From: the human T2T-CHM13v2.0 reference genome, Homo sapiens | Direction: 5' to 3' (one strand) | DNA: 64,000 bases | NCBI RefSeq assembly: GCF_009914755.1 | Contig: NC_060925.1 | Shown: in pieces, positions 13,431 to 31,699 of the stretch | Layout: the number at the start of each line of letters is the position of its first letter | How positions within the stretch are numbered: position 1 is the stretch's first letter | Notes under the pieces: model-generated | Database searches by the model: none | Told to the model about the DNA's origin: nothing | Seen by the model: the letters and a program-made list of their open reading frames with translations, nothing else | Made by a program: the position numbers and the translations under genes

Positions 13431-13638
13431 GTATGTATCTGAAACCCAGCTAGGGAATTCAACACTATTTAACATTGCATAAAAATGATATGGTGCTAAC
13501 ATAACTTTTAGCTACTCTAAGGGGACCAGGGATTCCTAAGTCATGTATTTTACAGATATTTTTCTTCCAACATAATTCCTGGAAAACTTCTTTTTTCACC
13601 GTAACTTTACAAAAGCTTCTCATTCTCATCTTTAAACC

Positions 13639-13892
13639 TCTTTTTTTTTTTTTTTTTTTTTTGACAGAGTTTTGCTCTGCCTCCCGGGTTCAAGCGATTC
13701 TCCTGCCTCAGTTTCTGGAGTAGCTGGGATTACAGGTTCCTGCTACCATGCCCGGCTAATTTTTGTACTTTTAGCAGGGACAGGGTTTCACCATATTGGC
13801 TAGGCTGGTCTCAATCTCCCGACCTCAGGTGATCCACCCACCTCAACCTCCCAAAGAGCTGGGACTGCAGACGCGAGCTATTGCGCCCGGCC
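13639..13892 (-). mobile_element. AluS with an internal deletion in the right arm
   Basis: Jumps from TTGCTCTG straight to CCTCCCGGGTTCAAG. Flanked by TAAACC. Confidence 0.88.
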
Positions 13893-14343
13893 TAAACCCC
13901 ATTTTAACATCAGTATTTCATCTCTTTCCTTAGTTTAACTATCTCTTGGTCAGTATTTGACTAATTGTTAAACATTCATTTAGTAGACTTTATTGAGTGC
14001 TATGATAATAAGCACATACCCATAAGAACAATAACTGTCGGGAAACTGGGAACTTAGAGACAGTAGCTGTGGACACTCAGCAAGAAAGCAGATTTAAAAT
14101 GTCTCCACAGAAGTTTGGTTGTAGGACCATGGTAGACTTCAGTTAGCTCTAGATCAGTGTCTTACTCTCTACAGAACACTGTGACTTTAAGAGTTTATGG
14201 ATGGGCTTTATCCCACTAATTCCCTGAAGTGGTGGTAATATTTTGTGTGTATGTTCATATTGTGCATTTTCTTGGATTGGGGGATCAATAGATTTTGTCA
14301 AATTTCTCCATCCTAAAGTTAAGAACCATTTCATTATTAGGGG

Positions 14344-14891
14344 TGTGGGAGCCATAGGCTCTTGGCCCCCTACAAATTTGTTGAAAAATCACTGATGTGA
14401 GGCAAATTGATTAATAGGAGAAAAGGCATATAAATTTGTTTAACATGTGTACATAAGAGCCTTCAGAATGAAGATCCAGAAGCTCATATACCATCCTGAG
14501 GCCATAGTAAAGAATACAGACTGAGTATGGCTAGAAACAGGTTACCTTGGTGAATCAGGTTAGTGAAAAGACTGGTTGAGAGAGAGAGAAAAGGAAGAAG
14601 CTTGGCTGGCAAAGGTGGCCTTGTTATGTAGATGAAGTCTCCCTCAGAGAGAATAAAGATGTTTCTTTTCAGACTTTGAAAGGCATCAGACTCTCAATCT
14701 CTCCTGGGTCCTGGAAAGGCATAGAAAGGGGAAGCGGCGGTGACTGCTTTAATGGAGATTCTCTACAGATGCAAATTTTTCCCACAAAAGACAGCTTTGC
14801 AAGGCCACTTTTGTTTCCTGGCCAGGCAGCGGCTATTTCAAAATATGTCAAATAAATATATTTGGGGGGTAATATATTTTAATTTCCTTTG
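14344..14891 (-). mobile_element. ERV1 (MER4-group) solo LTR, subfamily uncertain
   Basis: The minus-strand start AAAGGAAATTAAAATATATTACCCCCAAATATATTTATTTGACATATTTTGAAATAGC resembles MER34/39/67-type LTRs. Confidence 0.6.
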
Positions 14892-14986
14892 GCACATTCT
14901 CCCAAAGTGGTGCCTTGGGAGACATCAGAGAACTTTCAACAAGTTTTAAAAATAATGCATCACTATGTTGGTCACTAAGACTGTGA

Positions 14987-15329
<343 letters not shown>

Positions 15330-15857
15330 AAAATTTTTTAAAAAGGAGACAAAGACAACAGGTAGAAGCTTTTTATCTGCTAACCCCCACCAGTCCCAGC
15401 TACAAGCCCTCCTGCCTCAGACTTGCTTCTCTAAAGTTAGAACTCTGGTATGCCGTCCAGGCTAGGCCCTGGAGCCAGGCAGGAAGCAGTCAGGAAACTA
15501 GGAGCCTGCAGCCTGGGACAAAACTCAGGAGTATCACATGTCTTTGATAGTGTGAGGTCCACTGCTCCCAGATACTGCCATTCTGTGTGACACTGGCAGT
15601 GCCATGTGGATAGCCCAGGTAAGGAGAACATGGACCAGTAAGTCCATGTTCAAAAGTCTAAGCTTTTGAAAAGTTGCTGCTGCTACTACAGATCACTAAA
15701 GACCAAACTGTCTAGGTTCTGATTAACCAAAAAATCTGGAGAAAGAACTAAAATGCCATCTGGATGTACAATTACTTGCAAGTTCCTGGAAGCCAAGAAG
15801 AATCACATTCTTCCTGTGGAATGGTGGCTGGAGTACTGCACAAGTAGAATGGGATCA

Positions 15858-16550
15858 TGTAACTTCCCAGTGGGTCCTTCCTACCCATTGCACAGACACA
15901 ATCAATTAGCTGGGACCACAGCATTGCAGTAAAGAAAGAGTTTAATTGACATGAAGCTGGCCACACCACGTAGGAGATGGAGTTACTACTCAAATCGATC
16001 TTCTTGAAGGCTCAAAGGTTAGGCTTTTTCCAAGATAGTTTGGTAGGCAGGGGGCCAGGGTATGGGTGTTGCTTATTGGTTGGGGATGCAATCATGGGGT
16101 ATGGAAAATGGTCCTCATGCACTGAGTCCATATTCTAAGATTTGATGCTGGAGTTTTGGTGTAACAGTCCTGTGGGGGCCACAGGACTACCTGAGTTATG
16201 AGTCAGAGTGGCACCATCCTGTTTTCAGAAGCTTGAAAAGACATCTCAAAATACCAACCTTAGGTTCTACAATAATGATGTTATTTATAGGCATAATTAG
16301 GGAAGTTGCAAATCTTGTGACCTCTGGAATAATGGCTGAATTCAGGTCCCTCTCATACTCCTAACTTGGTGGCCTTTCATTAGTTTTACAAGGGTAGTTT
16401 AGTAGTTTAGTTTTGGGGAAGAGCTATTATCATTTAAACTTTGCCCATGCCCAGGAATGAGCCAAGTCAGCCAGCCTGTGAGACTCAAGCAAGATGGAGT
16501 CAGCCCCATCAGATTTATCTTACCATCATAATTTTGCAAAAGTGGCTTCA
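15858..16550 (-). mobile_element. LTR8-family ERV1 solo LTR
   Basis: Minus-strand start TGAAGCCACTTTTGCAAAATTATGA. TG..CA ends. Perfect 4-bp TSD ATCA at 15854-15857 and 16551-16554. Confidence 0.85.
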
Positions 16551-17602
16551 ATCACCAGGTGCTCAAACAGAAGGGGCCTAATTGTGCTATTCTAGTAGGG
16601 GACGAGGTTGATTGATATTTGGGGATATTGGTACTCAGAGAATAGTCCAAAGCTGATAGGAGCACCCAGTCCAACTAGGGGTCCAGAACTGAATCCCAAG
16701 GAGCAGAGCCTGGAGTGGGATCTTCCCTGAGGCATGCCCAAGCCATAGAGATGCAACCCAAAGCCCATTAGTAGAGTCAAACCCCAGGAGGACCAAGCTA
16801 AAAAACCTAAAGGCAGAATTGATGTCAGACGGAGACTAACTGGAAGCTACAGCACATAGGCACAAGCAAGGAGGGTCCAATGCAATTGATTACAAGAGCC
16901 GCATGGTCCATGTTTGTCTCTGTCATATAGTGAGTAAAATAGCACAAAAGCCAGAGGAAGGTTTGGAGTCTGAGAAGAAGGCTTGTGGCAGTAACTGTAA
17001 TTAGCCTTGAGGCATCTGCATCAGTATATGGTTGATGCATGGGGGATTGCCATCTGGCACACATGGAGGATGCTAGCAGCCCCACAACCAGCATTTCAGA
17101 CCATGGGAATGTCCAAAATGTCATTTCAGACCACGGTCTGAAGCTCTCCTATTGAAGGACTTGAAATGGACCACAAAACATTAATCTGTACTTGCCAGTA
17201 TCAAAAGAAAGGGATGTTTTCCTAGCATATTGTAACTAAATTTATATCTATTGACAGAATGAGGAGAGAGTCAGAAGGCTCAAATGCACGCAGGTAGTAG
17301 TGGACAATCCTGGTTTACCTTGGATTCTACTGATAGTTTTAGTTGTTTCATAGGGCTGTAAACCATGTGTGGAATTCCAGTTCTAGAAGCCTCTGCTCTG
17401 AAACCCTTTCTTTTAAAAGAACAAATAAGTTAGTAGTGTGTGCCAGGCGGGCACAGCCACACCACATACCTTAGGTTCAGGGTGAAAAATGATAGTGTGT
17501 ACTTTCCAAACAAGTTACCCAAAAGAAGCAACAAAACAGAAAGAGAAAAATATGTGACAGAGAAAATAAGAGTCTAATATCTAGCATAAAAGGGAAGAAG
17601 TT

Positions 17603-17938
<336 letters not shown>

Positions 17939-18799
17939 AGTGAAGAGACTAACACAGGTTCTTTTCTCTTTTAGAAAAAGGTATAGTGGTATGATGGGAT
18001 GTGTGATTGAGGATGAGAGGCTTAGATGCAGGCTTGCTTTAGCCCACCGGATCATGCTGTGATTGTGGCAGGCTGTCCACCCTCTTCTATCTCTCCTTCC
18101 GTCTATAAGGTAGACTTTACCTTATACCTGACACTGCTTGAGAGACATGGATAAATGAGACTTTAAAAGTATATTGTTCTGGGAAAATGTTAATATTCAA
18201 TTAAAAATATGCTTATAGTTTTTGTCCTCTAAATTTCCTCTCTCACCTTCCTCTTATATAGAGTCAAAATAAATTAAAGAGGTTATCTTTTTTCTATATT
18301 TTCTTTGCCTGGCAAGATCTACATCTTTAACTGATATTTATGAAGTCCCCTAAGGAATTTAACGACTTCATTGGATTTTGCAATGTTACATTCTTAGTGA
18401 AGTAAATTATTAGTAAGACAGATATACAAGTTAGCTTCCTTGATCTTTAACTTGACTTATAAAGAAACATGTTGATCCTTCTCCTTATTTTTTAAATCTT
18501 TTTTTATTTCTCTGTTTCTTTTTGTTGTTACTGTTTCCCCTGCTTCTTCTTTACAATTCAAATCAAATTCTTATTCACCTGAAGCACGAGTAATTTGGAA
18601 GCTTCTATGCTATTTGACCAGAGACAATCCCTTTTTTTTTTTTTTTTTTGGTATTAAGGGTGTGCTTAACCATCTATTAGATAGATATGGGTAGTAGACA
18701 AAGAATATTCTAGAAGGTTTGATCCAGAACATCCTAAAAAAGTAGAATACTAATTGTTGAGACTGTCAGTTCATTCATATCTCATATTTCCTCTGTCAG

Positions 18800-18882
18800 A
18801 GAGAGTCAGCTAAGCAAGGTACATTGGCCCAAAAATATCTTGAAGCAATGGCTGTAATTGAACATATGCAGGAGAAGTTACT
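18800..18882 (+). CDS. AXDND1: AXDND1 internal coding exon (RESAKQGTLAQKYLEAMAVIEHMQEKLL)
   Basis: tgtcag|AGA ... CT|gtaagt. 83 nt, phase 0/2. Confidence 0.9.
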
Positions 18883-19734
18883 GTAAGTATGAGTCAACAC
18901 AATGGTAAGAGGATGAAAATGGCTGGCCAGAAGGTTTGACTGAGAAATTCACACTTTTTGGCTTCCCTTTGGCTCTCCTGCTTTCTTTATCCACATTAGG
19001 GGGATGTGTATCTCCACATGTTCTGCTAGAGGCAGTAAACTACACTGCCCTGGTGGAAACATCCATTCTTAACTACAGTGGAAAGATAGAGGAAGTCAAA
19101 CTATTTGTGTGTGTTGGAGGGGGTTGTTAGAGTGATCCAGTTCAATGTTTGTTTCTAAGAGATAACTTAGGGAAATAGATGAAACTAGGAGAAACTATTG
19201 TGCTTGGGAAAGAATGTTACATAACTCAGAGTAGAAAGGGCGGTATAGTTAAGATGGCTGGGGATGCCAGGAGAAGAGCGTAGCCATGTAGACATATAAC
19301 GTGCTGTAGTAGCTAAGAAGCACATCTCAAGCTGGTTTCTTTGATTGTAAAAAATTTGGTTTTAGAGGTGCTAGAAAAGAAGTGACTCTGTTGAATTTAG
19401 TTTGTTGGATCACATCAATTAAGAGAAGCCAAAATTAACTCTTGAAAGGGAGTTCCCTGGCCATTGATGGAGAATTCCAGATACCCCAAATCAGATTTTA
19501 CTAAGAAGTGATAAATATATTCTTAAATAGCAGCATGATTTCTACTCTGACATTAGCATTCAGAGTCGCTCCTGGGCCCCCAGTTCTCAGTTAATCATTG
19601 ATGCTGTTGCTTCCCTTATTTCTACCCTTCAGACACATTCATCTAATCTCACTGCCTTTTTAGAAAATGAGTTTCGAAATCAAAAATACTTTTTCAACCC
19701 TTTCTATTTTGTTGTGTCTTCTCTTCCATATCAG

Positions 19735-19967
19735 GGAGGTTGAAAATAGAGCCAGACAGGCAGAGGAGAAGTTTGAAGATGCATATGAGAAACTTCATCA
19801 TACCCTTATAAAAAATAAAGATCTAGAGGAATTAGTCATGACATCAAGAAAGGAGTCTAAAGAAGAGAAAGAAAATCAAGATGAAAGAGAAGTAAAAGAA
19901 GAAGAAGAACAACAAGAAGAAGAAGAAGTCAGGTCAGCAGAAAATTCCTCAAAATCTCCAAAGAAAG
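19735..19967 (+). CDS. AXDND1: AXDND1 penultimate exon, Glu-rich coiled coil (EVENRARQAEEK...SSKSPKK)
   Basis: atatcag|G ... AAAG|gtaagg. 233 nt, phase 2/1, continuing the frame of the previous exon. Confidence 0.92.
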
Positions 19968-20221
19968 GTAAGGATTGCTTCGTATTTTGCTTTATTCAGG
20001 TTGTATTTATGAAAGAAAATTTGACTGGGCCACAAATATTGTAGAAGAACATTAATATATTTGGTGCTAATCTACTAGTTTATACTTCTCATAGGAATGT
20101 GCATATTTTAATCACATAACCATCTTATTCGGACAACTCACAAAAAGGAAAACCAAATGAATAACAATTGTGAATGAATAAAGTAGCTCAGATACAATTT
20201 TTATTTACAAAACTGGCAAAG

Positions 20222-26478
<6,257 letters not shown>

Positions 26479-26629
26479 TTTTTGTTTTTTTTTTTTTTTT
26501 AATAAAAGAACACAATGCTGATTAGAAGTAGCAGCATATAATAGTTATACAGGTAATACTTGTGAGTAGACAAACACATACAACCATTTTAGAAAATAAT
26601 TTGATAGTATGTATGGCTATCCCTTTAAA

Positions 26630-26740
26630 ACATGCATATATTTATAATATATGCATAATATATGCATGATGATATGCATAATAATATTGCATGATAATAT
26701 GCATGATAATATATGCATGATAATTAATATATGCATAATT
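26630..26740. repeat. AT-rich degenerate tandem repeat (ATATGCAT(G)ATA-like units)
   Basis: Seen directly. Confidence 0.75.
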
Positions 26741-29397
26741 TCACACGTGAGAATCTTAATAATCCTAAATACACAAAATTAATATACAAAGATGTTCAGT
26801 GTATCATTGTGTATAATAGAAAAAATAGAAACAACCTACGTGTTCAATCATGAAAGATTAAATAAATCATGCTGTATTAATATACATAAATATTACACAA
26901 CTATTAAAATGGTGTTTAAAGGAGTTTTTAGTGACATGGGAAATTTTATGTTAACTATCAAATGCAAGAAACAGGATATGACATCATTTTTTAAAGGCAG
27001 AAAAAAGACCAGAAAGAAATATGCCCAAATATTCACAGACATTGTCTCTGGGTAATAGAGGTTTGTAGGAAGTTTTATCTTTATTTTTTGGTACGTGTTT
27101 GACTTCATATGATTTTTACAGATACTTTATGTTATAGGGAGAGGAATTTAATTGTTCATTTTCTTATTTCTAATTAGTGCTGCAATATGCCCACAAGCAG
27201 TTCTCAATATTTCTAATATTAGAGGCTATTTTTTTATTTTTGCTTTCATCTCCAACCTGTGGTCTGTTCCCAGGACAGTTCCTGGTGCAAAGGATAGTAC
27301 TGGAAAGACATCTACTTTCCGTTTTTCTCTGTCAGTCCTATCTCCACCTGCCCCTCAGCAAAAACAGTGAAGTTAGCCAACTGCTCGCAGCCCCTGGCCC
27401 TAGGTACAGGGACATTAACCCTATAGAGTGTGAATTCATTTTTTCTACTCCTTTCAACTCTGAACTGGCGAAAATGTCATTTATTACAAGTCTGACAATC
27501 AGTCCTTAGTTTTAGGTTTGAATGCATGTGAGAGAGTTTTCATGAATTTTTAAAATTTCATCTTCTTATATTCTGAATGTACTTTTATCCTGATAATTTG
27601 AAAACTGGACCTTTTCTAGATTTAGGAAGATAAATAAGCAAACCATCCAAAAAGCCTACTTGTTAAACTAGAGAGGTTACCTCAATATGGAATGTGGGAC
27701 TTTAGTTTTGTCCATTCCCACGAAAGTCTTGAGGATTCGGTTAAATCCAGAACTGAGAAGTTTTAATTATTTAAGGTAGAGAATAGCTACATAAAGTTAG
27801 TCCCCAGCCTGCAAACAGTAATTTACACAGACACCCAGCCACCCTTCCCCCTCCTTCCAAAAACCACCAGCAAAATCATTGCCAGGGGGCTCTGAAGTGG
27901 AAGATGAGACGCCTTGCAAAGCTCAGGAGAGCTGCCTCCTACTCACGGCAGTCCCTGTGCCCTGCAAGGGACCTAAACAGAGTCTCCAGAAAATCCATAG
28001 GTTAAATCCATCCTTAGAGTTAGCAGGTAACCCCTTGAAAAAAATGCAGATACCTCTGGAGCAATCTGGCACTGCTATATTTATATATATTAGTGCAATA
28101 AAATCACTTTTTTCCTGAGGGTTGTGCAGTGAAGGAATAGAAAATTATATTGTGGTAACGGCAGGAGCCTTGTGAATGCTGAGTAAAGAGAAGACCTGGA
28201 CAGAGTAGGGGATGTATTTATTTTTATTTTTATGTCAGTATTTTTAATAATTAGCAAATCACTGTGCTCTGAGCTGTGACTGAAAAAGGAATCAAGAGGG
28301 AAGTTTGCAAAGATGAATATGGCTTAGTCCTGGATCTCAGTGGGGTCTACAGTTGGGTGTGGAGAAGTTACACTAACAGTAATACAAAGTGCAAATAGTA
28401 ATACAAAGGCAACCACATGTAAGATGGAGATGGCAGCAGCCAGTCTGAAGGATTCAAATTGGGAAGCAGCGTCACGGGGCTGTTTTTCACGTGCATGTTG
28501 GGGGGAGCAGGCTTGATGGCCAGAGGCCATCAAGGTCTGTGCACAGGAGCCTGGAAAGAAAGGGTTGGGGAGACAACAGAAGGGCTCAGGAATGGTTAAG
28601 GGAAGATTCTGAAGACTGTTTCCATTTGAATTTTTTTTCACCAAGCTTCGGTTGTGTACAAGAGGGAAGGAGGAGATGTTCTTTCTCTTCTTCACTCCTT
28701 GACCACATTCTGTCCTGCCCCAGGACCCAGAACTCAAACAGTTAAATGACCACACTTGAACTTGGGAAATGCATTCTGAATGCCAATAACCAATTTAGAG
28801 TCAAATTTGTGGCACATAGCTTATTTGTAGCTTGAGGGTTACCCAGGCAGAAAAAATGTAAAACTGCTTTGTAAAATTAAAAACCCTTAGTAAATATAAG
28901 ATATTATTACTACAATATTCTAGCTGTTTTTGTCTTTTTAGAGGTACCATGCAAGGACGGTGCTCTCAACATTAAATCTGGAATCCAGACTACATCCAAT
29001 GACAAAACAAAACCCAAGTAGTGTCCACAGAGCTCTGGGGTTCACAATGGCTCTATCCACTGAACACACCCCAGATATCACTGCGTTATAGAGCTGATGT
29101 GGCTCAGTTGGAGGGACCCCCTTTGTAACAGCCACTAGAAAAGCCATAACCTACAACGCAAGAGCATTTTCTCTTTAAGTCACAGCGATGGCTGTAGGGA
29201 GTCAGGTGCATTAGCTCACTTCCCGCATTAAAAATAGCTTATGCAAGTTTGTTAGCCTCTTCAATTGATTTCCTAACAGAGGTCTGTGAAATGTCAGTTT
29301 CTCTCGAGAAAATAATGCTTTTTGAAAACTTTGAACTCTGCAGACAAGACTGGCAAATAAAAAAACATTAGTTTTTCAATTTAAAAGAGAAGATCTA

Positions 29398-29720
29398 GGC
29401 TGGGCACGGTGGTTCACGCCTGTAATCGCAGCACTTTGGGAGGCCAAGGTGGGAGGATCACTTGAGGTGAAGAATTCGAGACCAGACTCGCCAACGTGGC
29501 AAAACCCCGTCTCTACTAAAACACAAAAATTAGCCAGGCATGGTGGTGCGCACTTGTAGTCCCAGCTTACTCAGGAGGCTGAGGCATGAGAATCGTTTGA
29601 ACCCAGGAGGTGGAGGTTGCAGTGAGCTCAGATCACGCCACTGCACTCCAACCTGGGCAACAGAGCAAGACTCCATCTCAAAAAAAAAAAAAAAAAGAAA
29701 AAGAAAAAAAGAGAGAAGAG
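29398..29720 (+). mobile_element. AluS
   Basis: Full dimer with an A tail. Degenerate TSD GAGAAGATCT/GAGAAAATCT. Confidence 0.92.
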
Positions 29721-31699
29721 AGAAAATCTTGACGATGCTGTTAGGTTTCTGCAGCATTTTCGGATTTCTTATGATTTCTGACATTTTTATAATTTATCTG
29801 ATCTTTGCAATAACCCTGCAAAGTAGGTGGAGGAGATATTCTCAGAAGATAAAACTGAGGCCCAGTGATTATAAGACACGGTCACAGAGCTGATTGGTGT
29901 CAGAGCCCCCAGCTCACTGGACTCATGTCTAGACTGTTTCACAATAGTGAAGGGCCACCAGGCCATTGTTCAGATGGTTTCCTTCATAGGGGCCTGTGTT
30001 GCTGAAGATTCACCCAGAATCTCTATTTCTTGCTTTTACTGTCTCATTTGTCTGCTCTGTTCATGACCCTGAATCCATCTAGGCACAAGAGATGGACTAA
30101 CCTGCAAAAATCAGTTGCAAGTGACAACTGGATGTTCTGGGCAGTCACTCAGCAAGGGCTCCCTGCTGCCTCACTGCTCCTGGCTCACTTGCCTTTGCTC
30201 TTATCTCTGAACACCTGTGGCAAGATTTCTACACCTGCATTGATTCCACATATTTGGTGTTTCTTTGGGTTTATCTCCTAGAATTTTAGACCTTTACCTG
30301 TTCTTCTAGCCTCAGAAATCCCAACTCTAGAGTCCCCATCTTTATTTAAGCCAACCCTGGCCAGGCCTGTCATTGGCCATCATTAAACTGTGTGAGGGAT
30401 GGGTTTCAACATTCCTTAGTATATACCTAAGACTACTAGATGGAGTCTGGTCAGTTCCACTCTTTACCTCTGCGAAAAGAAAACATGAAATTCTTCAGAA
30501 ACTTGGCAGTGCTCCTGGCCCAAATGACAGACGAGCTGAAGCTGTTGGCTCATAATTACAGCTGCTGCCTGACGGAACAGAGCCAGCCTTATCTTTGCTC
30601 CTTCCCAGAGAAATTCCTGGATAGCTCTAGAAAATTTGGGGACTTTTTGTGGGGTTGCAGAATAATTTTTATTGATTTTCCACTTTGCAGGCATGAGTTG
30701 TCATTTCCATACAAATCAGTAGGCCCCATCCCTGAACATGAGCCTTGTCCCTTAGAATGTGCCAAATACCATGTCAGCTCCATTGCGTAGAAGGCTTAGT
30801 CTCTAAATTCCAGAGTTATATCTGCTGCCACTACAATTAGAATGAGGTGATTGGCATCATGGACCCACATTAGCTGAGGTGGTTTTGTTACAAGCACCTA
30901 CTCTTGCAAGCCCATGAAAAAAGATAATGTATTGAAAGGATGCTGGGGGGTTCAAGGATTTGAAGGGAAGTTTTGAAGAACTAGGCTGGGAACAGACAGG
31001 AACCAGCTAGCTTTAGATCAGGCACAATAGTTCCTCACCATCTGTTCCAGTGCTACCACCAAACAAACACCAATCATTTATTTCATCCTTACATTATTCT
31101 GCCAAAGTCTCAAAGTCCCAAGAGAGAGAAAAGCTACCCTGTGGTCACAAACCTCCCTATGGATGAACCAGGGATGTTGAGAAGACTTCACAGGTCTCTC
31201 TGGCTTCCTTAAAGTGAAGGAAGGACGCCTTGCGGTGCTCTTCCACTAAGATGGGACACACTATGGGGAAAGGAAATCAGGGTGGGGTTAGGAAGACATA
31301 ATGAGTGTTAGGTGGTTAAAAAAAAAAAAAAAAGTATGCCCCAGGGAGGGCACCTGCACTGCTGCTCTCTGCAAGTTAGCCTGGCCAGTTCCACTCTCCC
31401 AAGTAACTGCTTTGTGGGAAGGTTTAAATAGTCCTTGAGACCCTGCCACACCTTCTCAGGGTGTCCCTGAAGTGGTCTCCCAAGCAGAGTGGAGGGAGGA
31501 ACTTCTGCTGCTCATCACTGGCAGTCAGGCTGCCGAGTGAGGCTGTTGTGCTTGCATATGGGAGACTAGCCATTCTGTACTTAGATGTCCAGACCGAGCC
31601 ATGCTGTCCATTTTTCTAGAAAGCTGCTCTGGCCCTTCAGAGAGAGGAAACTGGTTAGCCTCATCATACTCCTCTGTGTCCCAGCCCCCAATCTCAGTG

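Noticed and set aside
17092-17142. Short duplication plus an 8-bp inverted repeat TTCAGACC-AC-GGTCTGAA
   Set aside because: Too short to tell from chance or a local template switch.
27336-27403. Possible extra AXDND1 exon (good acceptor at 27334-27335, donor-like AG|GTACAG)
   Set aside because: It is 68 nt with an in-frame TGA at 27368 and a weak donor, so the sequence alone does not support it.
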